A stretch of DNA of 63,956 nucleotides, filler included, from Lenisia limosa (taxonomy: Eukaryota; Protista; Breviatea): NCBI GenBank assembly GCA_001655205.1. It is 8 parts of 8 records of this genome, joined end to end, with 100 filler letters (N's around TTAATTAATTAA, not from the genome) between each part and the next. Parts side by side here need not be neighbours in the genome. Positions count along the whole stretch, not along the records: positions 1 to 6,098 come from LPNZ01002314.1; positions 6,199 to 9,459 come from LPNZ01001989.1; positions 9,560 to 31,935 come from LPNZ01011290.1; 5 more parts are not named here. One strand, 5' to 3'. Shown here one piece after another: positions 1 through 11,060 of the stretch (positions within the stretch are counted from its first letter, which is position 1; every line of letters starts with the position of its first letter). The notes under the pieces were generated by a model. The model was not told the origin of the DNA. It ran no database searches and saw only the letters and a list, made by a program, of their open reading frames with translations. Both the position numbers and the translations under genes were made by a program.

Positions 1-3000
1 TCAGCTCCCTTTTCTTCTGTTTCTTCATCGCTTGAGAACACATGTGCTGAAGTAACACATACTCAAAATGTCAAAGTCGGGATTACGAGCTGCTTCTCCT
101 CTTCCTCTTCCTCTTACAAGTCCTCTTCCACGGCCTCTTCCACGGCCTCTTCTTCTTCCTCGAGCGCCGCGTGTAGCACGTGCATTTCTGACAGAGAGCT
201 GTTTCAAGAATATTTTCATCGCTGTCAGAGCTGCTGGCATTCCTGGACCTCTTCCATGGTGGCCATGGTCTCTTCCACGACCTCTTCCACGCCCATTTCC
301 ACGTGTAGTTCCTGGATAGTAGTGAATCAGATATATATAATCATTCAACGCATACCCTGGGTCTGCTTTCTCAATACAGCAGGAGCGCCACCAGTGGCAT
401 GAATCGCAGAGGATTAAGAACCACACCGTCCTTCTTTTCCAGCTTGGCAGTCCGCATCTTCCTTTGCTTCTTTCCAGACAACAATATGTCCATCCAGCTT
501 CTCGACCACAGGGACGCCAGGCGTTGCCCAAATACTGCGGACCGTTTTGTGAAGGGCAATTGAGTCCAATAGGGCCAGATCAATGGCAGCATTGGTAAAT
601 CTCCTTCAGATTGTTTGGCACGTCGGCCCATGATGAAAACTTTCCACAAGTCAGGTCAAGACGTCCAGTGTCGGGCATTTATTAATGTTCAAATATCTTG
701 TCGCAGTGAAGAGATGGACCAAAATGGACCTCAGAAACGAGTTCTCCTGCCTATTTTGCGCTTAAAAAGTTGCTACGATCTATTGCTTAAAATATCAACT
801 TGAACCTTAGAATTGCCTAACTTTTAAAAAAGGGTCTGGAAAAGTAAAAAGTTTCCACAAAGGCAACTTGGTGACCAAGTTCAGTTCATTTGACAAAATA
901 TTACGAAATAAGAATTGCAAAAAAAATATGTTTTTTTGCAATTTCTGAGCAACTTTTTTGTCAAAAACATTTTTTATTAAAAATCCTGGGGTATAAGGTG
1001 AATTTTAAAAAAAACCGGATCTTGCAAAAAAACCGGAATTTTGAACTGACATATATAGTATAGCTATATTTGTTTTTAGTATATATCGATATATTATATA
1101 TGTATGTATGTACCCTCCCATCATCATTTAAATGAATACTCCTCAATCGCCAGTATTATTCCGCGAGCCTCCAGTATACCGGTTTGATAGGCAGTATCAA
1201 GCTGTGATGCCAGGGTCCCAAGAGCACGGTGGAGGGTCGCATCATGCATCCATACAGTTGTTCTGACGTAATTCTTGAAGGTGAAAAAAGAGCTGAGAAC
1301 ACTCATTTCAAAACAACATCTTTCAGGAAAAATGTTGAATAAATGTAGTTACAAAGAAAACAAACACAGAATAAATATCATACATTGAGCTTCAAGTCCT
1401 CTGGATAAAGGCTTGTCAGATCAGTTGTGTAAATCGAGGCCATTGAAGACGGCGTAAAGGCCGTGAAGTGGCTGTTAATGTGGTCCGCTGCGTGAGGAAT
1501 CCAGGTTCTGAATAGTTAAGGAGAGGATTCCTATAATATGGAAGTCTGACCACAATTAATATGACACACCAATAGAACCCTGTCTGCCCGCCCGCACATT
1601 AGGCCGGCTTACATTCCATCACCACTTTGTGTGCCGTTGTATTCAGTAATGTCGAAGACATCAGATGCACTGAAGACACATCTGAAGATATGAAAAACCA
1701 CTGGGCTAAAACGACACCCTTCATCACATTGATGATAAACAGACAAACCACAAAATAGTCTCAATTATAGAAATTATTATCTTTTCATTCTGATATTTTA
1801 GAATCACAATGTGGTGACAAACAGCAGAATCCTTCTTACATGTTGTGATTGTACGTTCTTTTGATATAATTGTAGCCTTGGTCCGCCAAGAGAGGACCGC
1901 CAAAAGCTTCCCACATTACAGATCCCTGGTCAGGGTGATCGTGACCGCCCAAGGGGTAACCCCCTTTCATAACCAGATGTGAGGAGTCGGTGTTGTAGCC
2001 TGAACGCTCGGAGATCTGATGATTAGTTTGAATTTGTTTACTCAGAAGACTCTTTTCTTACAAGACTGGTAATATTAAAACAAAAAACAAGATCTGCCCC
2101 CCCCACCATTCCAATTCCTGGGAAGATTTCTGAATGTTGAGTATTCATGTCCTGGGGTGGCACGGCTTCAAGCGTGGAGTCAAACCATAAGAGATCTTTG
2201 ATATCCTCTCGAATACTAGGGAGGGAGGGGGGTAAACAGGTAGAAAAAGAATCCTTATTCCAGACACGCCGTATTTGGGATAGTAAACAGTTTCTCTTCT
2301 TCTAAAAGAGCTGGATGTCTCAAAAAAGAAAACCTCCTTTCTTTCAAAACAAAGCATGGCGCTTTTCATAACCACAAACATATAATGCACCCCCCCCCCT
2401 CCCAAACTTTCTGGGTAGGTTTAGTCCAAGCCATTGGAAGACGGGGTTGCGGTACTTCCTTGCCAGGAGGTAGTAGATGCCATCAATTTCACTAGCAACG
2501 TTTCTGTGGATGTCTCCCAACATATGTGCGTGGTATCTGAATTAGTAAGGTGCATTGAGTTGCAAAATGACTCCTTCATGCCGCCATATGTAAATCCTCA
2601 AATTGCCTTAATTATTCCACCTTAGATCCCTTTTGATTTCCCCCCCAAGTGGAAATCCGTTATCCTTGAGCCCCCCACCCCTTCCCACCCATCAGGAGTT
2701 GTCACAGCCATTTGATACTCAATTGAATGACGGAGATGGGGGCTAGAGAAGCGCTCCCGAATGGCAGTCCGGTCCTCAACATCAGCCTATGAGGGTGATT
2801 ACTTTTGATTATGTGGACGCACGGATGTATGTATAGTATTTATTCATATATGTATATGATATATATATGATATACTATATCAAATAGTATATATGATATA
2901 CTATATCAAATAGTATATATGATATGATAGTATATCATATACATGTGATCATATCTAGTATATCATAAATTATATTCGAGTTTTATTATCACCAGCACGG

Positions 3001-5500
3001 AAGTGAGCAACCAACACCCAGCTTGCCTNNNNNNNNNNNNNNNNNNNNNNNNNNNNNNNNNNNNNNNNNNNNNNNNNNNNNNNNNNNNNNNNNNNNNNNN
3101 NNNNNNNNNNNNNNNNNNNNNNNNNNNNNNNNNNNNNNNNNNNNNNNNNNNNNNNNNNNNNNNNNNNNNNNNNNNNNNNNNNNNNNNNNNNNNNNNNNNN
3201 NNNNNNNNNNNNNNNNNNNNNNNNNNNNNNNNNNNNNNNNNNNNNNNNNNNNNNNNNNNNNNNNNNNNNNNNNNNNNNNNNNNNNNNNNNNNNNNNNNNN
3301 NCAATCCAGTCAGTCAAGGTGGCTTCGGCCGACTTGATTCCGATGCGCTCCTCCTGTTAGGTATGGGTGAGGAGGTGGCATTACTGTCAGGAAAGTCTGG
3401 AAACGAGGAGATAACAATTAGTAGGAGCATGACCCTTCCGTACCTTAAAAACCAGTCCAGCAACAAAAACAGCATGATTATCGATTTGACCGTGATTCCC
3501 AAGGTAATAAGTCGATGATGCTTCCTAAATAGAGTGTTATATTGTAGACAAAACGGGATAGATCAGCAATATCAGAGTCTCTAAGACTGGAGCAATCCAA
3601 ATATCGCCCCCAAAGAAATGTTGAAAAGGCTTACTTTTGGTCCATATTTGGTGGCAAACACCCCGATTTTATCCATGATTGTGCTCCTATTGGGTAAGAA
3701 GAGTCTTTCTATTTTTCGACAACTAACAAAAAATGTAGACATACATATGATATCCAGAAAAAAACACAATACACCTCAAAAAATACCTGATTATTTCTCT
3801 TTCTTCAACTGTGGTGTTGTGATAGCAGAAGTCATAAGCTGAAAGCGTTAAAACATTTATTGAGAGTATATGACAATAATCTGTAATCCTCACTTACTCA
3901 GGGAAATTCCAATGGTAAAGTGTGAGATAGTGAGATCAATCCCACCCTACATTTGTAATGTGTGTGAGTTTGAAAAAAGGAATGGCAAACAAAAGCATCA
4001 TCTCTCTGGCCGAATCCGTCGACACCATCACGCTTACGATTGAATTATAGAATACGAGACAAAAACACGCACACATACTTTGTAGAACTCCCAAGTTGGG
4101 TATTGGCAAATCTTCACAGATGATTCAATAGCATGTCGGCAGTATGCTTCCTTGCCTTAAGTGTTATTGAATTCCTGAGGTGACAATATTAAGCAACCTC
4201 AGGCTATTTGATATCCAGCTGAAATTATCTACACCATCATGAAATATCTACTGTTTGTATATTGCTAAACCTGTAAACTGAGTCCAAAGGAAAATAGAAC
4301 CACTGAATAACATTTGCAACCTCCAGTGGTTCCAACAAAGGTCATTCCTTGATAGAGCCTCCTCAGTATGGCAATTGCCGGTCATTTTGAATCAAAGTGA
4401 TCCAGCAATAACATACTTGTGAGCCACCCCAGGAAGGCGGAGTGGAGCAACTTCTTCTCATAGTTTCTAATTCAATTAGTTGTTAACATCATCAACACCA
4501 TCCCTATCATCAAAACCATCACCATCATCACCCAACCTCAAGTCATCAGTATCCCCTGGGTTGTCCATCGGAGACCAATTTTTGATAAAACTGTCAGTTT
4601 CGGCCACAATGCTCGAGTACAATTCCTTCATCTGTGGGGGGTAAAGAAGGAAAATTCGATGAAGAAGATTCATGCAAAGGTACAATTCACGAGTAAATAC
4701 GTTGGATAATAAATAATAGCGAAAAAGAGGGGGGGGGGGGGNNNNNNNNNNNNNNNNNNNNNNNNNNNNNNNNNNNNNNNNNNNNNNNNNNNNNNNNNNN
4801 NNNNNNNNNNNNNNNNNNNNNNNNNNNNNNNNNNNNNNNNNNNNNNCAAACAAAGCCCAGGTCAGTCGCTTCTGTAGCACCTGCATCCCATCAGGTGATA
4901 GGAAAAAATGATTATATTAAACAAGAGGCGCCAATGCAATAATTATGACACTGCCTACCAAAGAGTGCTTGGTATTCTCGATCAATTTGTCTTTGTCCTC
5001 AGGAACAGCAAGGATTCTGGGGTGACCCGGACATCGCATTTCGATTTTAGACTGTATTAAGAAGTAGGGGTCCGAAGAGTCGAGACAATCAATTACGACA
5101 ACGCCTGGCACGCAGTTGGAGATATTAGGAAGGGTGATGTTGTTTGAGATCCAAAGATCATCCTTGGACACCCATTGGGCCTCATACTCCGCAGGGGTTT
5201 TACCCGGAACCGAGATATCACATCGTTTGTCCGTTCCGGGGTCTGCCAGACTCAGATAAACGGCAAAAGAGTCCCCAGGAAGGAAAATGTAATCTGCTGG
5301 GGGGCTGACAATGACCCCCTCGGCGGCAGAGATGGGAAGATCCATTATTATGACTGCGGCGTCGGGATCGGTACGGATGATTGCCTGTACAGCAACGGAA
5401 TCAGCCTGAATGTCCATGGTCGATGGATTGACGACGCCAGGTTGTTGGAGGAAGGTTGTTGATTGGCTCATTCCAACCTTCTGGTACGAATAGGACGAGA
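1..5500 (-). CDS. Multi-exon heparinase II/III-like polysaccharide lyase; 5' end uncertain, 3' end runs off the window
   Basis: Hand-spliced exons: YLGNHGQIDNH (~3435-3530), EYQMAVTTPDG (~2690-2790), YYLLARKYRNPVFQW (~2410-2550), GGHDHPDQGSVMWEAFGGPLLADQG (1855-2015; H-x-H-x-D motif of heparinase II/III domains), then an RG-rich exon (63-310). Family call is by motif recognition. Confidence 0.7.
1005..1050 (+). repeat. Short dispersed repeat (family G), second copy at 58421-58466
   Basis: AAAAACCGGA...GCAAAAAAACCGGAATTTTGAAC.GAC in both copies. Confidence 0.65.
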
Positions 5501-6098
5501 AGAGACGAGCTGGAGTGTCATTTCAATGATGATGGTGAACCTCCTCTTCATCTTTTTATCTGTCAGACTCCTCCCCTCTATCCCCATGAAGTCACGATCA
5601 ATCATTAAGATGTTTTACCCCACAAGCATCCATCCTGATAGCCTATTTCCTTTTTTTTTTTTTTCCCCTTTTTTTTTNNNNNNNNNNNNNNNNNNNNNNN
5701 NNNNNNNNNNNNNNNNNNNNNNNNNNNNNNNNNNNNNNNNNNNNNNNNNNNNNNNNNNNNNNNNNNNNNNNNNNNNNNNNNNNNNNNNNNNNNNNNNNNN
5801 NNNNNNNNNNNNNNNNNNNNNNNNNNNNNNACAATGTCAGAGGACAGGGCCATGCAAGGGGCCTGTGCAGTACTGCTCTTCACTGCGATAAACTGTCGCG
5901 AACGGTCCCATAACTAAGTACATAAGAAGTGGGCGTCGATGGATGTTAACCAACATTTAAATAAGAATAGGGAGAGAGAGAGAGAGAAAGCGGAGAGCAA
6001 CAATATGAATGATAACACGCGAGAGACTACAGTACCACATACCGCTCCTTTGCCAAGGGATTTTGCCTCGTAAGCAATGGAACCCGTAACAGCCACTT

Positions 6099-6198
6099 NN
6101 NNNNNNNNNNNNNNNNNNNNNNNNNNNNNNNNNNNNNNNNNNTTAATTAATTAANNNNNNNNNNNNNNNNNNNNNNNNNNNNNNNNNNNNNNNNNNNN
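6099..6198. other. Artificial contig linker N44-TTAATTAATTAA-N44
   Basis: Exactly 100 nt; the 12-mer gives stops in all six frames. Confidence 0.95.
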
Positions 6199-6387
6199 GG
6201 GGGGGGGGGTCAGCTGTGCAAATACAAAACCAATAACAGCTTGAATACTCATGGCAAAACTATATGATATCATATTAGGGCTTCCCTTTGGGCCTGAAAA
6301 AGATCGATTTTCCCTCTACTATCGTAGAAAAGAAGGAATTTTCGAAAAAATATCGATATTTCATCCGTTTTGAAACTCTCACGAGCC

Positions 6388-8413
6388 CGCAAACATGGAC
6401 GTGGTGCGGGGGAAGGTTCTTCTCCTGAACCGGCATTTCTTTGGACCGAAACACCCTCCTGAAGAATCCACTGCATTGTCAGTCATATGAAACGGAAGCA
6501 TGGTAATTTATGGTATCCCTATGTATTTATTTGTTTCCCTAGATTTTTAATATATTAATCCTCTTGCTCAAAAAAAAAGAAACACTATTTATATATTTAT
6601 GTATGAAGAATTATGTAAAGATATTATGCTTGTATTAATTACCACAAGGGCTCCTTGTTATAGAAGTCGGACATACTGTAACGAGAACCCTATACCAGAC
6701 ACTCTCTTTTCAAATTTTGTCGATTAATTTCTTCAAAAAACTAATTGCACAGAGTCGTATACCCACTCTTTCTTTTTCTTCGGTTCGTCATCGTCGCTGT
6801 CATAATCATCATGGTCCTGAAGTCATCAAAATGAAACCCCTTCTCATGAGACTGGTGAGACGACAGTGCACAATCAAAGGAAATAAACTGCAGTTTTCAC
6901 CAATAAAGCCTTGTCTCATGAAAGATCTGTTAATCATGCCCTGTCCGGTGAAGGAGATATTCTCGTTGTTTGGACCAAAATGTTCTTTGAACCCACAGTG
7001 GGAGAGGGATTCGGGAGCTTAGAGAGCAGGTGTGACGACACGGGGTCTAGATCGCCTCGTCTTACGTCCGTTTCCGAGATCTTCACCATCTGGGGGGGAT
7101 GGAGTAAAATTGGAAAATGCTTGAAACAAAAATGCCCAAATCAACTCTGTTGGCTGATAACACACAAGAGTTGATGACAACAAAACAAAGCCCAGGCCAG
7201 TCGCTTTTGCAGCACCGCATCCCATCACTCCAGCATATATGGGGGTATGAAACGGAGAGTGCAATATTAAACGCACATGATCACATACTTCGCTTTTAGA
7301 TTTAGAGAGGGTTATTCCTTGTCCATTTCATACCTCCCCTGTGTCAAGGTTTTTGACGATAAGTTCGTATTCTTCAGGCTCTTCCGGCTCCTCTTGAACT
7401 GAAGGGGTCAGAAATCATTCAATGGCATCACAGTAGTTTTTAATGCTCTTGGGCTATTGATACGGGTTCTGGATTGAAATAATAATGATACTATCCAACG
7501 CTATCATTGTTCAACATGATGATAATGGTACATTCTTTGGATTGATACTGGTACTGGATTGTAATAATAATGACACAGTCTTGTGATATTGATACCCCCA
7601 ATGCGATATGAATACTTTCATGTAGTAATATTGATAGTGATCGTGTCTTCTTACTATAATACTTTGTGAGGAATGGAAACAGTATTTAATTACACAGGAA
7701 TATAAAACGTTTGGAGGGAGTTGATAAGAGATGAATTAAGATTTATTTCGATATTAGAAACAATTTCGTTTCACACAACTTGATATGAAAACAATCGCAA
7801 TGGTTCAGATACTGCCCGAAACTAAAACAAATATAAATATATAATATGGACAGGCAAGTGGTTATCCCGAAAGTGCACAGACCATGAGGCGAGGGCTCTC
7901 CTGGAACTGGCTTTTGTACAAAAGAGGGCAACACAGCTGCGGGAGAAGCTAGAAGAGTAATTTCCTCTTCCCCTAAAAAGTCCGAAAGGAACAAAGGGGA
8001 TTTCTTCCAGCCCATCTACCTTCCTGCTCCTGTTCAGCAGGTTTTTCAACCACAGATTCCACATCAGGGGACGGAGTGATTTTGAAAGTCGGATTCTCAG
8101 CCACACTAGCCTCTTCTTCTTCCCTTCTCGTCTCCTTTTCTTCCATTTTACGAAGTTGTTCCTCCTTAGAAAGACGGATTTCCTCTCTCTCCTGCTTTGC
8201 CTTCTCTTCAGCTTCGATCCGCAACCTCGATTCCTCAAACTCCCTTTCTCGCTCTGCCTCCTCCATCTCCCTCTGCTGCACCATCATCTGGTCGTTGACG
8301 CGATCCTGCTCCTCATCGATCGTGATGGAGTCGATTGGTGCCTCCGAGACCTCCTCGGTCTCGATCTGCAGGTCTTCTTCAGCATCGAAGAAGTCATCGT
8401 CAGAGGAAGACAT
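6388..8413 (-). CDS. WDR44: WDR44 / Rab11-binding-protein-like, N-terminal part only; cut by linker 6099-6198
   Basis: Starts MSSSDDDFFDAEED (cf. WDR44 MASESDTEEFYDAPED). Acidic exon 7973-8413. Spliced LIVKNLDTGE/MVKISETDVRRGDLDPVSSHLL matches the WDR44 motif KNLDTGE...INPLTLHI. WD40 repeats are not in this contig. Confidence 0.7.
7121..7236 (-). repeat. Dispersed intronic repeat family B (~120-150 bp, no TIR), reference copy
   Basis: GCTGGAGTGATGGGATGCG...GAAGCGACTGGCCTGGGCTTTGTTTTGTT...CAGCCAACAGAG...TTTTGTT. Other copies: 4847-4893(-), 14838-14930(-), 17126-17150(+), 21035-21140(+), 45141-45215(-), 48216-48320(+), 49010-49036(-). Confidence 0.85.
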
Positions 8414-8659
8414 CCCGCCCCTGCGGTAGTCTTGCTTTTCTGCCACTAACTGTCGAAATAGGAGTTATAATTTAATCTAAAATAACAGACTCTTTGACTA
8501 AACTCTCAACTGAAATGAAACTGAATTTATCAAGATAATAACTTTTTTTTTTGAAAAAAATAAAAACAAATCCCGGCTTGGTTTTGGCGAAGTTCCACCT
8601 GATACAAGACACACTATTCTGTCCCACGAGAATGTTCAAATGTTTCAGTGGGATTTTAA

Positions 8660-8915
8660 TAATAGCTTAAACATATCGTTGGGAGTTCTCAAAGAGTGGA
8701 CCTGAGTGAAAAGCTGCAGAAGAAGGTTCATGCTTCATTTGAGTACAAGCCTTAGTTTTTTATTTCCGACTTAGGGCATCAATTAATTGCAAAATGAAGT
8801 GTGACGTATTGTCATGGAAATCCGGAACTCCTCTTCAGACACTTTAGTTTCATTAACTGTATCAATTAATTAATTAATTGCAGCCCTACTGCGACCCCAC
8901 AGGCACATCCTCCAG
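8660..8915 (+). CDS. Short exons of an unknown gene, interrupted by linker 9460-9559
   Basis: GT-AG bounded open segments QRVDLSEKLQKKVHASF, RIVMEIRNSSSDTL and PYCDPTGTSS; no family recognised. Confidence 0.3.
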
Positions 8916-9459
8916 GTTTTGTATCTCTAAGCTTTACCAATAGTTGATTAAATTATTGTTTTTTTAAAAATCACCTTTTTTGACATTTTCCAAAAACAAG
9001 GAGTACCTTGCAGTGTTTTGTAATCTTTCGGAAACTTCCAAAAAAAAAAAAAGATTTTTCGAAAACCATAACTTAATCTCACTATTTTTTTACCCAAGGA
9101 TGGTTGTCCTCCGTCGATAAATCGTCGATTAATATCGATATTTTACAGGTCTTTTTCGGACCGTAGGGAAGCCCTAGTAATGACCCAAGCCAGCATAGAG
9201 CATATGGCTAGTCAGTCCACTTCAAAGAATCTAAACCACTATATACAACAATAATAATACTACACGAATGACCATACAATACCCTTGGACTACTTTACAA
9301 CATGTTCAGCGATCGCAGTTTGCGGCGCTGCTGTGATACTTCCGCTGATAATCGCTTAAGTGTTATAAATACAGAAATAACTCTAAATATTTGTAGAAAC
9401 CCTCTATAAACCAGCATAGTACAGCCCCCCCCCCTGCATACCAGTATAAACAACCACCA

Positions 9460-9559
9460 NNNNNNNNNNNNNNNNNNNNNNNNNNNNNNNNNNNNNNNNN
9501 NNNTTAATTAATTAANNNNNNNNNNNNNNNNNNNNNNNNNNNNNNNNNNNNNNNNNNNN
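9460..9559. other. Artificial contig linker
   Basis: Same 100-nt structure. Confidence 0.95.
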
Positions 9560-9684
9560 GGGGGGGGGGGGAGCTTTGCAAAGAGCAAGGTAACCAAAAA
9601 GGTGCCCTTAAAGGTGATTAACTGATTTTGTTGATACAATAAAAACGGTCATTTTCAGTTGATCTTCCTGTACCCCCCTCCCCG

Positions 9685-10826
9685 TTTTATGTAGTAGTTT
9701 ACGCCCATTCTCTGACGGGACTCTTCAACGTTGGCATGAAACCCACTTCCCTCACTGGTTACTTCCGCCCCCCTCTGAAGGACACAGTGGGGGGCTTTCT
9801 TCACTCTGGTCTAGATTATCCAGAAATTCGTTCATTTGTGACTAGGGCTTCATCGGTTCGAAAAATACCGGAACAACATCGATAGTTTTCGAGGATTGAT
9901 AATCTTTTGTGTGCAGGTTGCATTCCTTGATGTTGTTCTCTCTAATGTTCTTTTTTGCTGTGAAGAAATATCTATTTCAACGGCTTCGGTCACAAAAAAC
10001 CTATTGTATTTCATTGTTGGGGGAAGCACGCAGAAAGCTGTGTACACAGAGTTGTAAGGCAAATGAATGGGATTGTTAATATTATACTACGTAATCCAAT
10101 ACCTCTTATAAGCGTGANNNNNNNNNNNNNNNNNNNNNNNNNNNNNNNTATCTCTTATAAGCGTGATGGTGTAGACGGCTTCCTGATACAGCCTTGTTTT
10201 TTTTTGTATTTCTCATTGCTGTGTGCATAATATGATTAATCATATCATATGGTAATGATATAGTTTATGCAGATAGTAATAAATATTGTATATTGCATTT
10301 CACAGTGCAGGATGAACAGCCGCCCGGCTTGGAAATGGACATGTTGGCCACCACGATGATCAGATCCCCGCAGAACGCAAGCCCGTCACCCGAGAGGTGG
10401 GGCATTGTGCAATTCTGTGTGTTTGTCATAGTATCACCGGAATTACTTTGATATATTTTCGAAAAAGAGTGTGAGGAGTGAGGGCCTGGGCTGGAAACCA
10501 TGCTTTGTACTTTCATGTACTATATGATAACATAAAAGTTTGCACTTTATCGCAAAAGAAGATGTGGTACTGAAGTGAATATGCTCCGACCTCCTTTTTT
10601 TTTTTTTTTTTTTTTTTTTTNNNNNNNNNNNNNNNNNNNNNNNNNNNNNNNNNNNNNNNNNNNNNNNNNNNNNNNNNNNNNNNNNNNNNNNNNNNNNNNN
10701 NNNNNNNNNNNNNNNNNNNNNNNNNNNNNNNNNNNNNNNNNNNNNNNNNTGGCGCGTCTGCGTAGCGCGCAAGAAAACGCAGTCTATTCGTCCCCCAAAC
10801 GGACGTCTTGATGGTACCTTGGTTGT
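9685..10826 (+). CDS. Exons of an unknown gene
   Basis: GC-richer islands with splice-like edges: VYAHSLTGLFNVGMKP (~9685-9790), VAFLDVVLSNVLFCCE (~9917-9965), ~10308-10395, and WRVCVARKKTQSIRPPNGRLD (10750-10822). Confidence 0.4.
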
Positions 10827-11060
10827 TGGCCAGTCTTTTATTTAATACATTCCATACTACTCTACACCCTAACAACAATACAATCCTAGTACCATGCATT
10901 CTCCTTAGAGGAGAATTTCAGCAGCAATCCTATGGAGTCAGAGAGCTTAAATGGATAGGTGATACTTCCATGATAAGTGCATCAAGTTGCGCTGTGAACA
11001 AGAATCAAACAGAATGAGCAATTCGGAAATGTGCGAAGAAAGTAGGAAACGCCACTGGGC

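Noticed and set aside
598-612. In-frame TGA upstream of RFTNAAIDLALL (TGA=Trp/Sec?)
   Set aside because: An AAG acceptor right after it places the TGA in the intron, and TGG is used for Trp in the same exon.
2963-3518. ORFs in the track that run through N blocks (also 33694-34333, 44324-44822 and others)
   Set aside because: They are open only because N codons are not stops.
6143-6154. TTAATTAATTAA as a conserved biological motif or piggyBac-type site
   Set aside because: It is always centred in N44 flanks totalling 100 nt, so it is an assembly spacer.
7121-7236. Families B and C as box C/D snoRNAs (both contain GTGATG)
   Set aside because: Box C is imperfect (TGATGG), CTGA is not retained across copies, and copies are diverged and truncated. 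I could not match them to U1, U2, U6, 5S or tRNA. They are kept only as unexplained repeats.
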